Assembly (NCBI GenBank): GCA_041486265.1
Contig: JBGPLF010000001.1
Span: forward strand, 1-52,911
DNA length: 52,911 bases
Reading direction: 5' to 3'
Origin: a bacterium
GTDB taxonomy: Bacteria > Sysuimicrobiota > Sysuimicrobiia > Sysuimicrobiales > Humicultoraceae
The notes under the pieces are model-generated. The model worked only from the letters and a program-made list of their open reading frames with translations. It searched no databases and was not told where the DNA came from. Both the position numbers and the translations under genes were made by a program. Shown here in pieces: positions 14,529 to 24,405 of this stretch (positions within the stretch are counted from its first letter, which is position 1; each line of letters opens with the position of its first letter).

Positions 14529-15238
14529 TAGGTGAACACCACCGTGAGCTGCGCGGTCACGATGACGTTCCCCGGCTCGATCGGCGTGGACCCCGGAGCC
14601 GTTTGCGCCGCCCGCATCTCGCGGACCTGGACCGCGACGTTCCCTTCAACGATCCGGTCGATGCCGCGGATGCGCAGACCCGCCGCCGCCGCGATGGCCT
14701 CAGCCTTCTGCCGCGCCTCCCGCACCGCCATGGCCAGGGCCTCAGTGCGGGACGAAGAGGAATCCCGCAACCCGAAGGTGATGCCCTGCACGACGTTGGC
14801 GCCGGCCGCCATCGCCGCGTCGATTGATGATCCCACCAAGTTCATGTTGTTTAGCGTCACCGTCAGCGCGTAGGACGCCCGGTATCCTGTGATTTGCGGT
14901 GCGCCTTCGCGCGGAGCGTTGTAGATTGGGAAGACCTGCACGGACGACGTCCGGATGTCCTCTCGACGAATCCCGAGCTGCTGCCACCGGGCCAGGATCT
15001 GATTGGCGGTCCGGCCGACCTCGGCCATCGCCTCGGCGGCGTTGGCGTGCTGGGCCTGCGCGCCGACGCTGACCGTCGCCTGATCCGGGGCAACCGTCAC
15101 GGTGCCGTTGCCCGATGTGACGATCTGGTTGTGGTCGCCTTCGGGAGTCTGCGCCGCGGCCGGCGTGACCACAGGCGCCATCGCAGGGATCAGGGCGAGC
15201 ACGAGCAACATGATCGGGGTGGCAACGATCCATCGCAT
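14525..15238 (-). CDS. SIMPL (DUF541) domain secreted protein
   Basis: ATG at 15238 follows GAGGTG. A signal-like N-terminus MRWIVATPIMLLVLALIPAMAP precedes ...GNGTVTVAPDQATVSVGAQ...ITGYRASYALTVTL..., which is typical of SIMPL proteins. Confidence 0.8.
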   Translation of the reverse strand: MRWIVATPIMLLVLALIPAMAPVVTPAAAQTPEGDHNQIVTSGNGTVTVAPDQATVSVGAQAQHANAAEAMAEVGRTANQILARWQQLGIRREDIRTSSVQVFPIYNAPREGAPQITGYRASYALTVTLNNMNLVGSSIDAAMAAGANVVQGITFGLRDSSSSRTEALAMAVREARQKAEAIAAAAGLRIRGIDRIVEGNVAVQVREMRAAQTAPGSTPIEPGNVIVTAQLTVVFTY

Positions 15239-15322
15239 GGGAAACACCTCACGCGTGTGTGGTGTGGAGCCATCAAGAGTACGTCGAAAGGGAGGGGAGG
15301 GTTCCGAAACGAAAGGCACAGC

Positions 15323-16339
15323 ATGAACCTGGATCGTCTGCCCCGTGTTTCGCTTGCACGGCTCCCCACCCCACTGGAAGAGGCTCCGCGGCTGGCCGCC
15401 GCTGTCGGCATCGCCCGGCTCCTGGTCAAGCGCGATGATCTGACCGACCTGGCGCTGGGCGGGAACAAGGTGCGCAAGCTGGAGTTCCTGCTCGGCGACG
15501 CGAGGGCGCAAGGGGCGGATGTGATTGTTACCACGGCCGCCGCTCAGTCGAACTTCCTACGCCTGACCGCGGCGGCTGCGCGGCGGGTGGGGATGCAGCC
15601 CGTGTTTGTCGTGCGCGGGCGGCCCGATGCGCCTTCGGAGGGGAACCTCCTGCTCATGCGGCTCTTCGGGGCGGAGATCCACTACGTGGCAACCCAGGAT
15701 CCGTACGCCGAGTCCACGATTGCGCTGATGCGCGAGATCGGCGAAAACGTCCGCAGCCGCGGGGGCCATCCCTACCTCGTGCACCTGGCGACCTTCTCGG
15801 GCGGCCTCGCCGCTGTGGGATATGTGCCCGCGGCGTTCGAACTGGCGGAGCAACTGACGTCCCTGAATGCGCGCTGCGATCACGTGGTCCTCGCCGTGGG
15901 ATCGGGGACGACCCACGCGGGATTGCTGCTCGGGCTGCGACTGGCCGGTCTGGATGCCCATGTGCTTGGCACCTCGGTCAACACCGCGGCCGGCGTCCTG
16001 CGCGGTTATGTGAAGGCGCAGATCGGGGCCGCGGCGGAGATCCTTGGTGTGGCGTCACCGGTCCGTGACGATGAGATCGACATTACCGACGCCCACGTTG
16101 GGCCCGGGTATGCCATTCCAACCGAAGACAGCGTCAACGCGGTCCGGGTCGCCGCTCGGACCGAAGGGCTGTTGTTCGAGCCCACCTACACCGGGAAGGC
16201 ATGGGCGGCGTTGAGTCATGCGGTGCGGACCGGCGCCATCAGCCGGGACGCGACGGTCGTTTTCATGCACACGGGAGGCGCGCCGATCGTGTTCACGCAG
16301 GCCGCCGCACTCGCGCCGCCGGTCCCCGCTCCGGCATAG
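15323..16339 (+). CDS. PLP-dependent D-cysteine desulfhydrase / ACC deaminase family enzyme
   Basis: MNLDRLPRVSLARLPTPLEEAPRL...KRDDLTDLALGGNKVRKLEFLL contains the PLP-lysine motif. The ORF-track start at 14894 is rejected. Confidence 0.85.
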   Translation: MNLDRLPRVSLARLPTPLEEAPRLAAAVGIARLLVKRDDLTDLALGGNKVRKLEFLLGDARAQGADVIVTTAAAQSNFLRLTAAAARRVGMQPVFVVRGRPDAPSEGNLLLMRLFGAEIHYVATQDPYAESTIALMREIGENVRSRGGHPYLVHLATFSGGLAAVGYVPAAFELAEQLTSLNARCDHVVLAVGSGTTHAGLLLGLRLAGLDAHVLGTSVNTAAGVLRGYVKAQIGAAAEILGVASPVRDDEIDITDAHVGPGYAIPTEDSVNAVRVAARTEGLLFEPTYTGKAWAALSHAVRTGAISRDATVVFMHTGGAPIVFTQAAALAPPVPAPA

Positions 16340-16383
16340 TCGCGTGAACCGCCACATGAATCTTTCGGGAGGAGTTCGCGTCC

Positions 16384-17043
16384 ATGGTTGATATCCCGAT
16401 CGAAGAGCTCTGCGCCCGGTACCGGCGACTGTACACCGCCGCCGTTGCCGACGCCCTCGATGACAAGGGGTTGTGGCATCAGATTATTGACCGCCGTATC
16501 CAGCCGCTGACCCTCGAGATGCGCGTGGCGGGGCCGGCGTTCACGATGCTGGGACGTCCGGAACGCAGCACCGATCGCGCGATCCGCAAGGGCGTGAAGG
16601 CCGTGGACGCGCTGCGACCCCATACCGTGGCGGTGATGGACTGCTCGGGCGAAGAGATCACCGGACACTGGGGCGAACTGCTGACGAACGGTTCCCTGGT
16701 CCGGGGTTGCACCGGAGCCGTGATTGACGGCGGTACCCGCGATGTGGCCGTCATCCTCACACTGGGATTCCCGGTCTTCTGCAAGTTCCGGTCGCCGGCC
16801 GATGCCAAGGGGCGGTGGAATGTGGTGGACTTCGACTGTCCGGTCACCATCGGTGGCGTGGCGGTCGCGCCGGGGGATTTCATCGTCGGCGACTGCGACG
16901 GCGTGGTCGTCGTGCCCCGGGATCTCGTCGTTGAGGTCTTGTTGGAGGCCGAAGAGGTGGTCAAGGCTGAGACCGAGATTCGCCAGCGCGTCCGCGACGG
17001 GCAGTCGCTCGCGACACTCTACATGGAGTACAAGCGGTTCTAG
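16384..17043 (+). CDS. RraA-family protein (HMG/CHA aldolase / oxaloacetate decarboxylase-like)
   Basis: 219 aa. ...GELLTNGSLVRGCTGAVIDGGTRDV...GFPVFCKFRSPADAKGRW... is the RraA fold pattern. Confidence 0.8.
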   Translation: MVDIPIEELCARYRRLYTAAVADALDDKGLWHQIIDRRIQPLTLEMRVAGPAFTMLGRPERSTDRAIRKGVKAVDALRPHTVAVMDCSGEEITGHWGELLTNGSLVRGCTGAVIDGGTRDVAVILTLGFPVFCKFRSPADAKGRWNVVDFDCPVTIGGVAVAPGDFIVGDCDGVVVVPRDLVVEVLLEAEEVVKAETEIRQRVRDGQSLATLYMEYKRF

Positions 17044-17066
17044 CCTGAGAGGCACCGCTGCCAACC

Positions 17067-18194
17067 ATGCGCATCGAATCCGTCCGCGCCATCCCCCTGC
17101 TCGTGACGCTGGACAGGCCTCAACGCACGGGCGTTGCCGCGTACACGACACTGGGGATCGCGCTGGTGGAAGTCCGCTCCGACACCGGGCTCGTGGGGTA
17201 CGGCGAATGTCTCGCCCGGTACACCCCGCGCATCTGGGCCGCGATCGTGGACGACCTGCTGGCGCCATTGGTGATTGGCGCCGATCCCTTCGACACCGAG
17301 CGGCTGTGGATGAGCATGTTCCGCGACCTGCGCTCCTTTTCCGGGCACAGCCGCGGGATGCTCGTGGAAGCCATCGCCGGGGTCGACACCGCGCTGTGGG
17401 ACCTGAAGGGCAGGGCGACGGGCCTGCCCCTGTACGCCCTGCTCGGCGGCGCCACTCGAACCCGTCTCAATGCCTACGCATCGTCGATCATGCAGCGGGA
17501 CCTCTCTGCGATGGAGTCCGAGGCCGCGTCGCTGGTCGAGCGCGGATTCCGGGCGATCAAGATCAAGGTCGGGGTAGGGGTCGAGCAGGACGTCAAGACG
17601 GTCCGGGCCATCCGCCGCGTCGTGGGCGACGGCATCGACCTCATGCTCGACGCGAACGGCGGTTATGAGGCACCGGAGGCGATCGACCTGGCGCGCCGCA
17701 TCGTCGATTATCGCATCACCTGGTTTGAGGAGCCGGTCGTCTCAGACGACCTCGAGGGCTACGAGCGTATCCGCGCAGCCACCACCATCCCGCTCGCCGG
17801 CGGCGAGGCGGAGTTCACGCGGTTCGGCGTCCGCGACCTCCTCGCGCGCAAGGTCATCGACGTGATCCAGCCCGACGTCGCGCGGTCGGGCGGGGTCAGC
17901 GAGACGAAGAAGATTGCCGACCTTGCCAGCGCCCATCACGTCGCGTACGCGCCGCACGTGGGTTTCTCAGGAGCGGTCTGCGTCGCGGCCACTCTGCACC
18001 TGGCCGCGGCGGCGACGAACTTTCTCACATATGAATGCATCTATACTGAGAACCCGCTGCGCGAGCGACTGACGGTCACCCCGGTCGGCGGGCCGGGGCA
18101 GTTAGTGGACGGCCAGATCCCGATCCCCGGCGGTCCGGGGCTGGGGATCGAATTGGATCCCGAGGTGCTCCGGCGCTACACGGTGAGACCCTAA
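17067..18194 (+). CDS. enolase-superfamily enzyme (mandelate racemase/muconate lactonizing family)
   Basis: The KIKVG, LMLDANGGY, WFEEP, LAGGE and IQPDVARSGG motifs appear in canonical order. Confidence 0.9.
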   Translation: MRIESVRAIPLLVTLDRPQRTGVAAYTTLGIALVEVRSDTGLVGYGECLARYTPRIWAAIVDDLLAPLVIGADPFDTERLWMSMFRDLRSFSGHSRGMLVEAIAGVDTALWDLKGRATGLPLYALLGGATRTRLNAYASSIMQRDLSAMESEAASLVERGFRAIKIKVGVGVEQDVKTVRAIRRVVGDGIDLMLDANGGYEAPEAIDLARRIVDYRITWFEEPVVSDDLEGYERIRAATTIPLAGGEAEFTRFGVRDLLARKVIDVIQPDVARSGGVSETKKIADLASAHHVAYAPHVGFSGAVCVAATLHLAAAATNFLTYECIYTENPLRERLTVTPVGGPGQLVDGQIPIPGGPGLGIELDPEVLRRYTVRP

Positions 18195-18207
18195 AGCGAG
18201 GACCGAC

Positions 18208-19374
18208 ATGATCATCATCGATCCATCTGCCGGTGTGACCGAGGCCTCGCTGCGCGCGAGGCGCGGGAACAAGTGGGGCAAACATGGCGAGGGCGTGCTC
18301 CCGGCCTGGGTGGCCGACATGGACTTCACGGTCGCCGAGCCCATTCGCGACGTCATCGCGTGGTCCGCTGATCACTCCGCGTTCGGCTATGGCCCGCCGG
18401 AAGACCATGAGGAACTGTTCCGGGCCGCCTCGGGATGGATCGCCGCCCGTCACGGGTGGGAGCCGGATCCGGCTTCCTTTGCGGTGCTGGGCGATGTCGT
18501 CCAGGGCATCCTGGTGGCGATTCACACCTTCACCGACCCCGGCGATGGGGTCATCGTCCAGGGGCCGATCTATCCGCCGTTTCTCACCTCCATTGAGGAG
18601 TTGCGCCGCCGGATCGTGGACAACCGGCTCGTCGACGCCTGCGGCGCCGCGGCCCTCGACCTTAACGGCCTGCGCCAGGTGGCCGGCGATCCCCGCACCA
18701 GGCTCCTGCTGTTCTGCAACCCGCACAATCCCTCAGGGCGCGTGCTGCGCCGCGACGAACTCGAGGCTATCGCCGCGATCGCGATCGAGCGTGACCTGGT
18801 GGTGGTCGCCGACGAGATCTGGATGGATGTCGTCTATCCGGGCCACCGGCACATCCCCTTTGCCACCCTCGGCCCGGACGTCGCTGCGCGCACGATCACC
18901 CTGACCTCGCCGACCAAGTCCTTTAACCTCGGCGGAATGCGGTGCGCCGTCGCGATTTTCGGGAGCGAGGCGCTGCGGGCGCGATTCGACGCGCTGCCGG
19001 CCCGCATGCGCGGGGTCCCCAGCGTGCTCGGCATCCGGGCATCCATTGCCGCGTGGCAAGAAGGTGGACCCTGGTTTGACGCCGTCATGCGGCAGCTCGA
19101 CGCGAACCGCCAGGCGCTGGGCACATTCGTCCGCGAGCGGCTGCCCGCAGTCCGCCACCGCATGCCCGACGGGACCTACCTGGCCTGGCTCGACTTCGCC
19201 GCGCTCAACCTGGATCGCCCGGCCTCCGCTTTCTTGCTCGACCGGGCCGGCGTGGCCCTCAACGACGGCAACGACTTCGGCGGCGACGGGCACTGCGCCC
19301 GGCTCAACTTCGCGACGCCGCCGGCGATTCTCGCTGAGGTCTGCGAGCGCATCGCGCGGGCGGTCGGCGGGTGA
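18208..19374 (+). CDS. PLP-dependent aminotransferase, MalY/PatB C-S lyase type
   Basis: ...WVADMDF...FGYG... with the PLP lysine in LTSPTKSFNLGGMRCA. The protein is 388 aa. Confidence 0.85.
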   Translation: MIIIDPSAGVTEASLRARRGNKWGKHGEGVLPAWVADMDFTVAEPIRDVIAWSADHSAFGYGPPEDHEELFRAASGWIAARHGWEPDPASFAVLGDVVQGILVAIHTFTDPGDGVIVQGPIYPPFLTSIEELRRRIVDNRLVDACGAAALDLNGLRQVAGDPRTRLLLFCNPHNPSGRVLRRDELEAIAAIAIERDLVVVADEIWMDVVYPGHRHIPFATLGPDVAARTITLTSPTKSFNLGGMRCAVAIFGSEALRARFDALPARMRGVPSVLGIRASIAAWQEGGPWFDAVMRQLDANRQALGTFVRERLPAVRHRMPDGTYLAWLDFAALNLDRPASAFLLDRAGVALNDGNDFGGDGHCARLNFATPPAILAEVCERIARAVGG

Positions 19375-19398
19375 CGGACTCGCCCTGCGCCCGAGCCT

Positions 19399-20301
19399 CT
19401 AGTAGCCGAACCGCGGATCGAGGTAGTCCCTGACCGCATCCCCGAAGAGACCGACGCAGAGCACGGTGATCGTCATGACCGCGCCGGGGATCGTGGCGAT
19501 CCACCAGGCGTTGTTCAGGTAGTCGCGTCCCTGGCTGATCGTCACGCCCCACGAGGGCAGGGGATAGGGGATCCCCAGGCCCAGGAAACTGAGCGCCGCC
19601 TCGGCCAGCATTTGCAGCGCGATCTGCAGCGTCGCCAGGATCACGATCGGCGTCAGGATGTTGCGCAGGATGTGTCGCGCCATGACGCGCGCGTGCCGGG
19701 CCCCCAGGGCCCTGGCGGCCTCCACGAACTCCTTCTCGCGCAGCGAGAGGACCGAGCCGCGCACCAGCCGGGCGAAGACCGCCCACCGGATCACGGAGAG
19801 CGTGAGGATGACGTTGCCCACCGAGGGTCCGATCATCGCGGCGATGAGGATGGCCAGCAGCAGCGGCGGGAACGCCAGTTGGAGATCCACCAGACCCATG
19901 AGCACGGTGTCGATCGCGCCGCCGTAGTAGCCGGCGAGCAGACCCAGCGCGGTCCCCGTGCTGCCCGCGATGACGACGGTGCTGGCGGCGACCAGGATCG
20001 AGACGCGCGCGCCGTGGATCACCTGCCCCACCAAATCACGCCCCAACTGGTCCGTGCCGAACCAGACCACGCGGCCGTCAGACAGCGCCGATCCCGGCGG
20101 TTTGAGGCGCTCCTCGAGCCGCACTTCAAGCGGATTGTAGGGTACCACCGCTGGGCCCAGCAGGCCGACCAGGGTGACGAAGACGACGGCGATCCCGGTG
20201 ACGACGACCCGGCGGCCCTTGCGCGTCGCGGTGATCGGCCGGCTCGCCCGGACCTCAGGCTCGGCCGGTCTCGCGGAAAGGGTGGAGGCGTCGCCGCTCA
20301 T
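19399..20301 (-). CDS. ABC transporter permease (DppC/OppC type)
   Basis: 300 aa, multi-TM. ...VGQVIHGARVSILVA...MARHILRNILTPIVILATLQ... is a BPD_transp_1 pattern. It has a 4-nt overlap with the upstream permease. Confidence 0.9.
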   Translation of the reverse strand: MSGDASTLSARPAEPEVRASRPITATRKGRRVVVTGIAVVFVTLVGLLGPAVVPYNPLEVRLEERLKPPGSALSDGRVVWFGTDQLGRDLVGQVIHGARVSILVAASTVVIAGSTGTALGLLAGYYGGAIDTVLMGLVDLQLAFPPLLLAILIAAMIGPSVGNVILTLSVIRWAVFARLVRGSVLSLREKEFVEAARALGARHARVMARHILRNILTPIVILATLQIALQMLAEAALSFLGLGIPYPLPSWGVTISQGRDYLNNAWWIATIPGAVMTITVLCVGLFGDAVRDYLDPRFGY

Positions 20302-21218
20302 GCGTACCGGATCCGTGGATCGAGATAGGCGTACGCAACGTCGACGAGCACATTGAGCAGCACGACCGCGAGCGCTGCAAAGGTCACGGCAGCCTGGACC
20401 ACCGGGTAGTCGCGGTTGTTGATCGCGGTGACGATCAACCGGCCCAGACCCGGCCAGGCGAACACGGTCTCGAGGACGACCACGCCGCCGAACAAGGCCC
20501 CGAGCTGGAGTCCCAGCATCGTGATCACCGGGATCATCATGTTGCGGTAGACGTGGTGGGCGAGGACGGCCGCCTCGGCGACTCCCTTAGCCCGCGCGGT
20601 CCGCACGAAGTCCTGACCCATGGTCTCGAGGATCCCGGCCCGGATGAGGCGCGTCATCACGCCGATGAACTGCACCGACAGCGTGACGGTGGGCAGCACG
20701 AGGTGCCAGAACGTATCCCGGCCGAACGACGGGAGCCAGTGCAGCCGGCGTGCGAAGATCAGGATCAGGACCAGTCCCAGCCAGAAGTTGGGAATGGCCT
20801 GCCCGATGAGCGACAACGTGCCGATGGCCTGGTCGACGGGGGACTGCACCCACCGAGCGGCGATCGATCCCAACACGAAGCTCAGCATCGTCGAGAGGAC
20901 GATCGACGCCGCCGCGAGCTCCATCGTCGCGGGCAGCCGCTCGACGACCAGCGGGAACGCGTCTTTCCCTTCGTGGTAAGAGCGGCCCCAGTCGCCCAGG
21001 AGTGCCTGGCGGACGAACAGGCCGTATTGCGTCACGAGCGGGCGGTCCAGCCCCATCTTCGCCCGCTGCTCAGCCAGCAGCTCGGGCGTGGCGAAGGTGC
21101 CGAGGAGCACCGACGCCGGATCGCCCGGGATGACCCGGACGACCAGGAAGATGATCGTGATGACGCCCAGGATGACCAGCAGCGCGGCCAGACCCCGGCG
21201 CAGCAGATACCGTCCCAT
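20298..21218 (-). CDS. ABC transporter permease (DppB/OppB type)
   Basis: MGRYLLRRGLAALLVILGVITIIFLVVRVIPGDP... and ...DFVRTARAKGV...HVYRNMMIPVITMLGLQLG.... Confidence 0.9.
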   Translation of the reverse strand: MGRYLLRRGLAALLVILGVITIIFLVVRVIPGDPASVLLGTFATPELLAEQRAKMGLDRPLVTQYGLFVRQALLGDWGRSYHEGKDAFPLVVERLPATMELAAASIVLSTMLSFVLGSIAARWVQSPVDQAIGTLSLIGQAIPNFWLGLVLILIFARRLHWLPSFGRDTFWHLVLPTVTLSVQFIGVMTRLIRAGILETMGQDFVRTARAKGVAEAAVLAHHVYRNMMIPVITMLGLQLGALFGGVVVLETVFAWPGLGRLIVTAINNRDYPVVQAAVTFAALAVVLLNVLVDVAYAYLDPRIRYA

Positions 21219-21282
21219 GCGGGTTTAGCCGAACACGCGAGGGTGGGAGGCCGCGCGGCCTCCCACCGGTATCGTCCGACGC

Positions 21283-22788
21283 CTACGGTGACACGGAGAC
21301 ATCAGACAGATCGAAGATCTCGGTGGCCGGCGCCTTGAATCCCTGAATCCGCGTGCGATACGCGTAGGCCTCCAGCTGGTCGAACAGGTAGATCGCGGCG
21401 ACGTCGTCCCAGAGGATTTCCTGCGCCTTGCGATAGAGCGCGCACCGCTTGTCGAGATCGATCGTCGCAGCGGCCTCATCGGTCAGGCGGTCGATCTCGG
21501 CGCTCGTGTAGAGCGTGCGCTTCGCGCGCGAGTGATACAGGCGCCGCAGCGTGAAGTCCGGATCGCCTGTCCCGCCCCCGGTCGAGACCAGTTCCAGGTC
21601 CCAGTTGAGCTTGAGCAGGTCGTCCAGCCAGATCGCGAACGCCTGCTGCGTATTCTGCACGCGCACGCCGAGCAGGGCGAACTGCCCCGTGATGGCGTCC
21701 GCGATCTCCCGCTCCTTCGGATTACTCTCGGTCCATTTGAGCGAGGTGTCGAAGCCGTTCGGATAGCCGGCCTCGGCGAGCATCTTCCTCGCCAATGTGG
21801 TGCTGTAGGCGTTGGGTTTCATCTTCGCGTAGCACAGCACATTGGTTGCGATCGACGACGTGGCCGGCGTCGCGATCCCCGCGACCAGGGAGGCTGTGAT
21901 GGCGTTGATGTTGATGGCGTGGCTGAGGGCGCGCCGGACCTGGAGGTTGTTGAGCGGGCTTCCCGGCCGGGGATTGATCCACATGATGCGCGTCAGCGTG
22001 GTCTGCCCGATGTCGACCTTGAGGGCCGGGTTCTGGCGCAGGCGCTTGATCTCTTCGGGCGGGAGCCCGACCGCCATGTCGATCTCGCCGGTCTCCAGCG
22101 CCGTGGCCCGGGCCGAGATCTCGGGGATGTCGACGAAGATCAGGCGCTGCAGCTTCGGTGCGCCCTGGCGCCAATAGTTCGGGTTCGCGTCGAGCACGAC
22201 GCGCGTGTCCCGCACGAACTCGGCAAATTTGAACGGTCCGGTACCGATCGCCCGGTCGACGATCTCCGTCATCGGCGTCCCTGCCGGGACGATCGAGAGG
22301 ATCGTCAGGTTCGACATGAGGGTTCCCATCGGGTCACGGGTCTTGATCACGACCCGGTAGGGGTCGGGCGTTTCGACGGACTCGACGGGCGCAAAGAGGG
22401 GCGCGAGCGGCCCGCGCAGCCCGATGACCCGCTCAATCGACGTCTTCACGGCCGCCGACGTGAACTCGGTCCCGTCGTGAAACTTCACCCCCCGGCGCAG
22501 CTCGAACTCCCACGTGGTGGGGGTCGGGTTCTGCCAGCGCAGCGCGAGTTCCGGCTGGAACTTTTTCGTCTCCGGATCCAGGGCGACCAGCCTGTTGAAG
22601 AGATGGCGGCTGACGATCCAGGTGATCCGCGCTGCGCCCGAACTCCCATGAGGATCAAGAGAGAGAATGCGCTGGAGATAGGCGACGCGCACGGTTCCGG
22701 GTGGGATGGCCGGGCCTGCCTGGCCCACCGTGACGACCACCGTCAGGATCGCGATCACCAGGGAAACCGTCACCCGCTGTCGTTGCAT
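21283..22788 (-). CDS. ABC substrate-binding protein, family 5 (peptide/opine/nickel type)
   Basis: 501 aa with a signal-like N-terminus. ...LDPHGSSGAA...WEFELRRGVKFHDGTEFTSAAVKTSIER... is the family-5 pattern. Confidence 0.9.
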   Translation of the reverse strand: MQRQRVTVSLVIAILTVVVTVGQAGPAIPPGTVRVAYLQRILSLDPHGSSGAARITWIVSRHLFNRLVALDPETKKFQPELALRWQNPTPTTWEFELRRGVKFHDGTEFTSAAVKTSIERVIGLRGPLAPLFAPVESVETPDPYRVVIKTRDPMGTLMSNLTILSIVPAGTPMTEIVDRAIGTGPFKFAEFVRDTRVVLDANPNYWRQGAPKLQRLIFVDIPEISARATALETGEIDMAVGLPPEEIKRLRQNPALKVDIGQTTLTRIMWINPRPGSPLNNLQVRRALSHAININAITASLVAGIATPATSSIATNVLCYAKMKPNAYSTTLARKMLAEAGYPNGFDTSLKWTESNPKEREIADAITGQFALLGVRVQNTQQAFAIWLDDLLKLNWDLELVSTGGGTGDPDFTLRRLYHSRAKRTLYTSAEIDRLTDEAAATIDLDKRCALYRKAQEILWDDVAAIYLFDQLEAYAYRTRIQGFKAPATEIFDLSDVSVSP

Positions 22789-22886
22789 GCTGATTCCACC
22801 TCCTGTTGGGTCCGACGCGCTACGGATTGACGCACCGGGGACAAAACATTACAGCGGTGCTTGATGCGGGGATTGGCGACCGAGGC

Positions 22887-24365
22887 TCAGTGTCCTGCAT
22901 CCTTGGAGGCGAGGCTGATCACCGGGTGGAGCGAGGTGAGCCGATGGAAGTCGCGCAGCACCAGATCGATGACGTCCGCGCGGCGGCCCTCGGACAGCGT
23001 TGCCCGGGTCATTTCCGTAAATTTGGTCACCAGATCTTCGTCGGTGAACCGCATCTCGGGAGGCCCCCACATATCGCCGTAGGTGTGATCGGTCCGCCGG
23101 TGGTATCGTTTTCCAGATGCCTCGACCTCAATCTCGCCAGGTGCGCGCTTCAGCAGATCGGCCAACTCCCGGCCCGTCCACGGCCGGTACGTGATCTCCG
23201 CCGTCGATGGGTTGCCTTCAACAGTGACCTTCTGCATGTACCGGCGCAGGGTGGGGTCGTCCGCGAGCGTCAGATCCGCCCAGCGGGGTCCGGCCGGAAT
23301 GCCTCGCAGCACGAGCGCGACGGTGTAGGGTGCGCTCATGTGCACCGCCTCCTGCGTCTCGGGCAGCCCGCCCGTGTACGGCCGATCCGCGCCGGCCGGC
23401 GCGTGCATCCGCAGGGTGATCCGGTCGATGGCATCTGGATGCAATCCTTCCTCGCGGCACAGCCGGTCGAGCAGCCAGAGGTGGGGACGGTAAAGATTGC
23501 ACACCGGCTGGGGCTTGTAGGTCAACCAGCGCACGCTCTGCCAGTCCCGGCCGAGACCGTCGAGCAGGTACTCGGGCTCAAACCGGTCACTCCCCCATAG
23601 ATGCATGACGCTCTGGCGCGAATCCAGAACGCTCGTGTCTGCCGTATACCCTTTCGCCGCCAGGAGCGCCGCGGTCATGCCGGCCTGAGCCGTCCAGCCC
23701 ATGGGCGCGTACTTGACCATGCTGAGCGGTGAGGCGCGCAGCCAGGCCAGCACACTCGGAACCGGGCTGTAGTAGGCGGCCAGCCCGAGCCCATGGGCCA
23801 TCCGTTCCGCGTCAAGATCGAGGAGCCGCCCGACGCCGGCCGCGACGCCCAGCGCCGCGAACCCGTAGCCGAGCACCGGTCCGATGACGTGTCGGGTCTG
23901 GACGCCGTCGGAGCCTTCAAGCACGGGCGTGATGGCCATGGTGAGCCGGGCCGCGAGTTCTTGGCCGACGGCGATGGCCTCGAGCGTTCGCGCGCCCCCG
24001 CACCCCACGGCTTCGGCGGCGGCGAGCACCCCCGGGACGATGCTGGGGACGACATGCGAGATGTTCAGGAACACGGCGTCCGCGTCCAGGGCGTTGGCCA
24101 GTTCGGCGTTGGCGAAGGCCGCATGGTCCACCCCGACCCTGCACGACGTGCCCAGGATCGTCGCCTGCGGCGCGCCACCCAGATCCTGGGCGAGCCCTGC
24201 CGCGAGCCGGCCCTTCGTCGTCGCCCAGCCGCCGATAATGCAGCCGAGGGTGTCGAGCACGAGGCGCTGTGTTTCGACGCGCACGGCCTCGGGGATGTCA
24301 ACCTCTCGCTGCGCCGCGAACGACGCCAGCGTCCGCGTCAGTCCCGGCCATTCTGCACATGTCAC
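22887..24365 (-). CDS. MmgE/PrpD family protein (2-methylcitrate dehydratase-like)
   Basis: 492 aa with a GTG start. ...LVLDTLGCIIGG...HAAFANAELANALD... is typical of the MmgE/PrpD N-terminal domain. Confidence 0.85.
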   Translation of the reverse strand: MTCAEWPGLTRTLASFAAQREVDIPEAVRVETQRLVLDTLGCIIGGWATTKGRLAAGLAQDLGGAPQATILGTSCRVGVDHAAFANAELANALDADAVFLNISHVVPSIVPGVLAAAEAVGCGGARTLEAIAVGQELAARLTMAITPVLEGSDGVQTRHVIGPVLGYGFAALGVAAGVGRLLDLDAERMAHGLGLAAYYSPVPSVLAWLRASPLSMVKYAPMGWTAQAGMTAALLAAKGYTADTSVLDSRQSVMHLWGSDRFEPEYLLDGLGRDWQSVRWLTYKPQPVCNLYRPHLWLLDRLCREEGLHPDAIDRITLRMHAPAGADRPYTGGLPETQEAVHMSAPYTVALVLRGIPAGPRWADLTLADDPTLRRYMQKVTVEGNPSTAEITYRPWTGRELADLLKRAPGEIEVEASGKRYHRRTDHTYGDMWGPPEMRFTDEDLVTKFTEMTRATLSEGRRADVIDLVLRDFHRLTSLHPVISLASKDAGH

Positions 24366-24405
24366 GCGACAATCCCCCGGTCAGTGAGATGCGGTCAAGG
24401 AAGGA

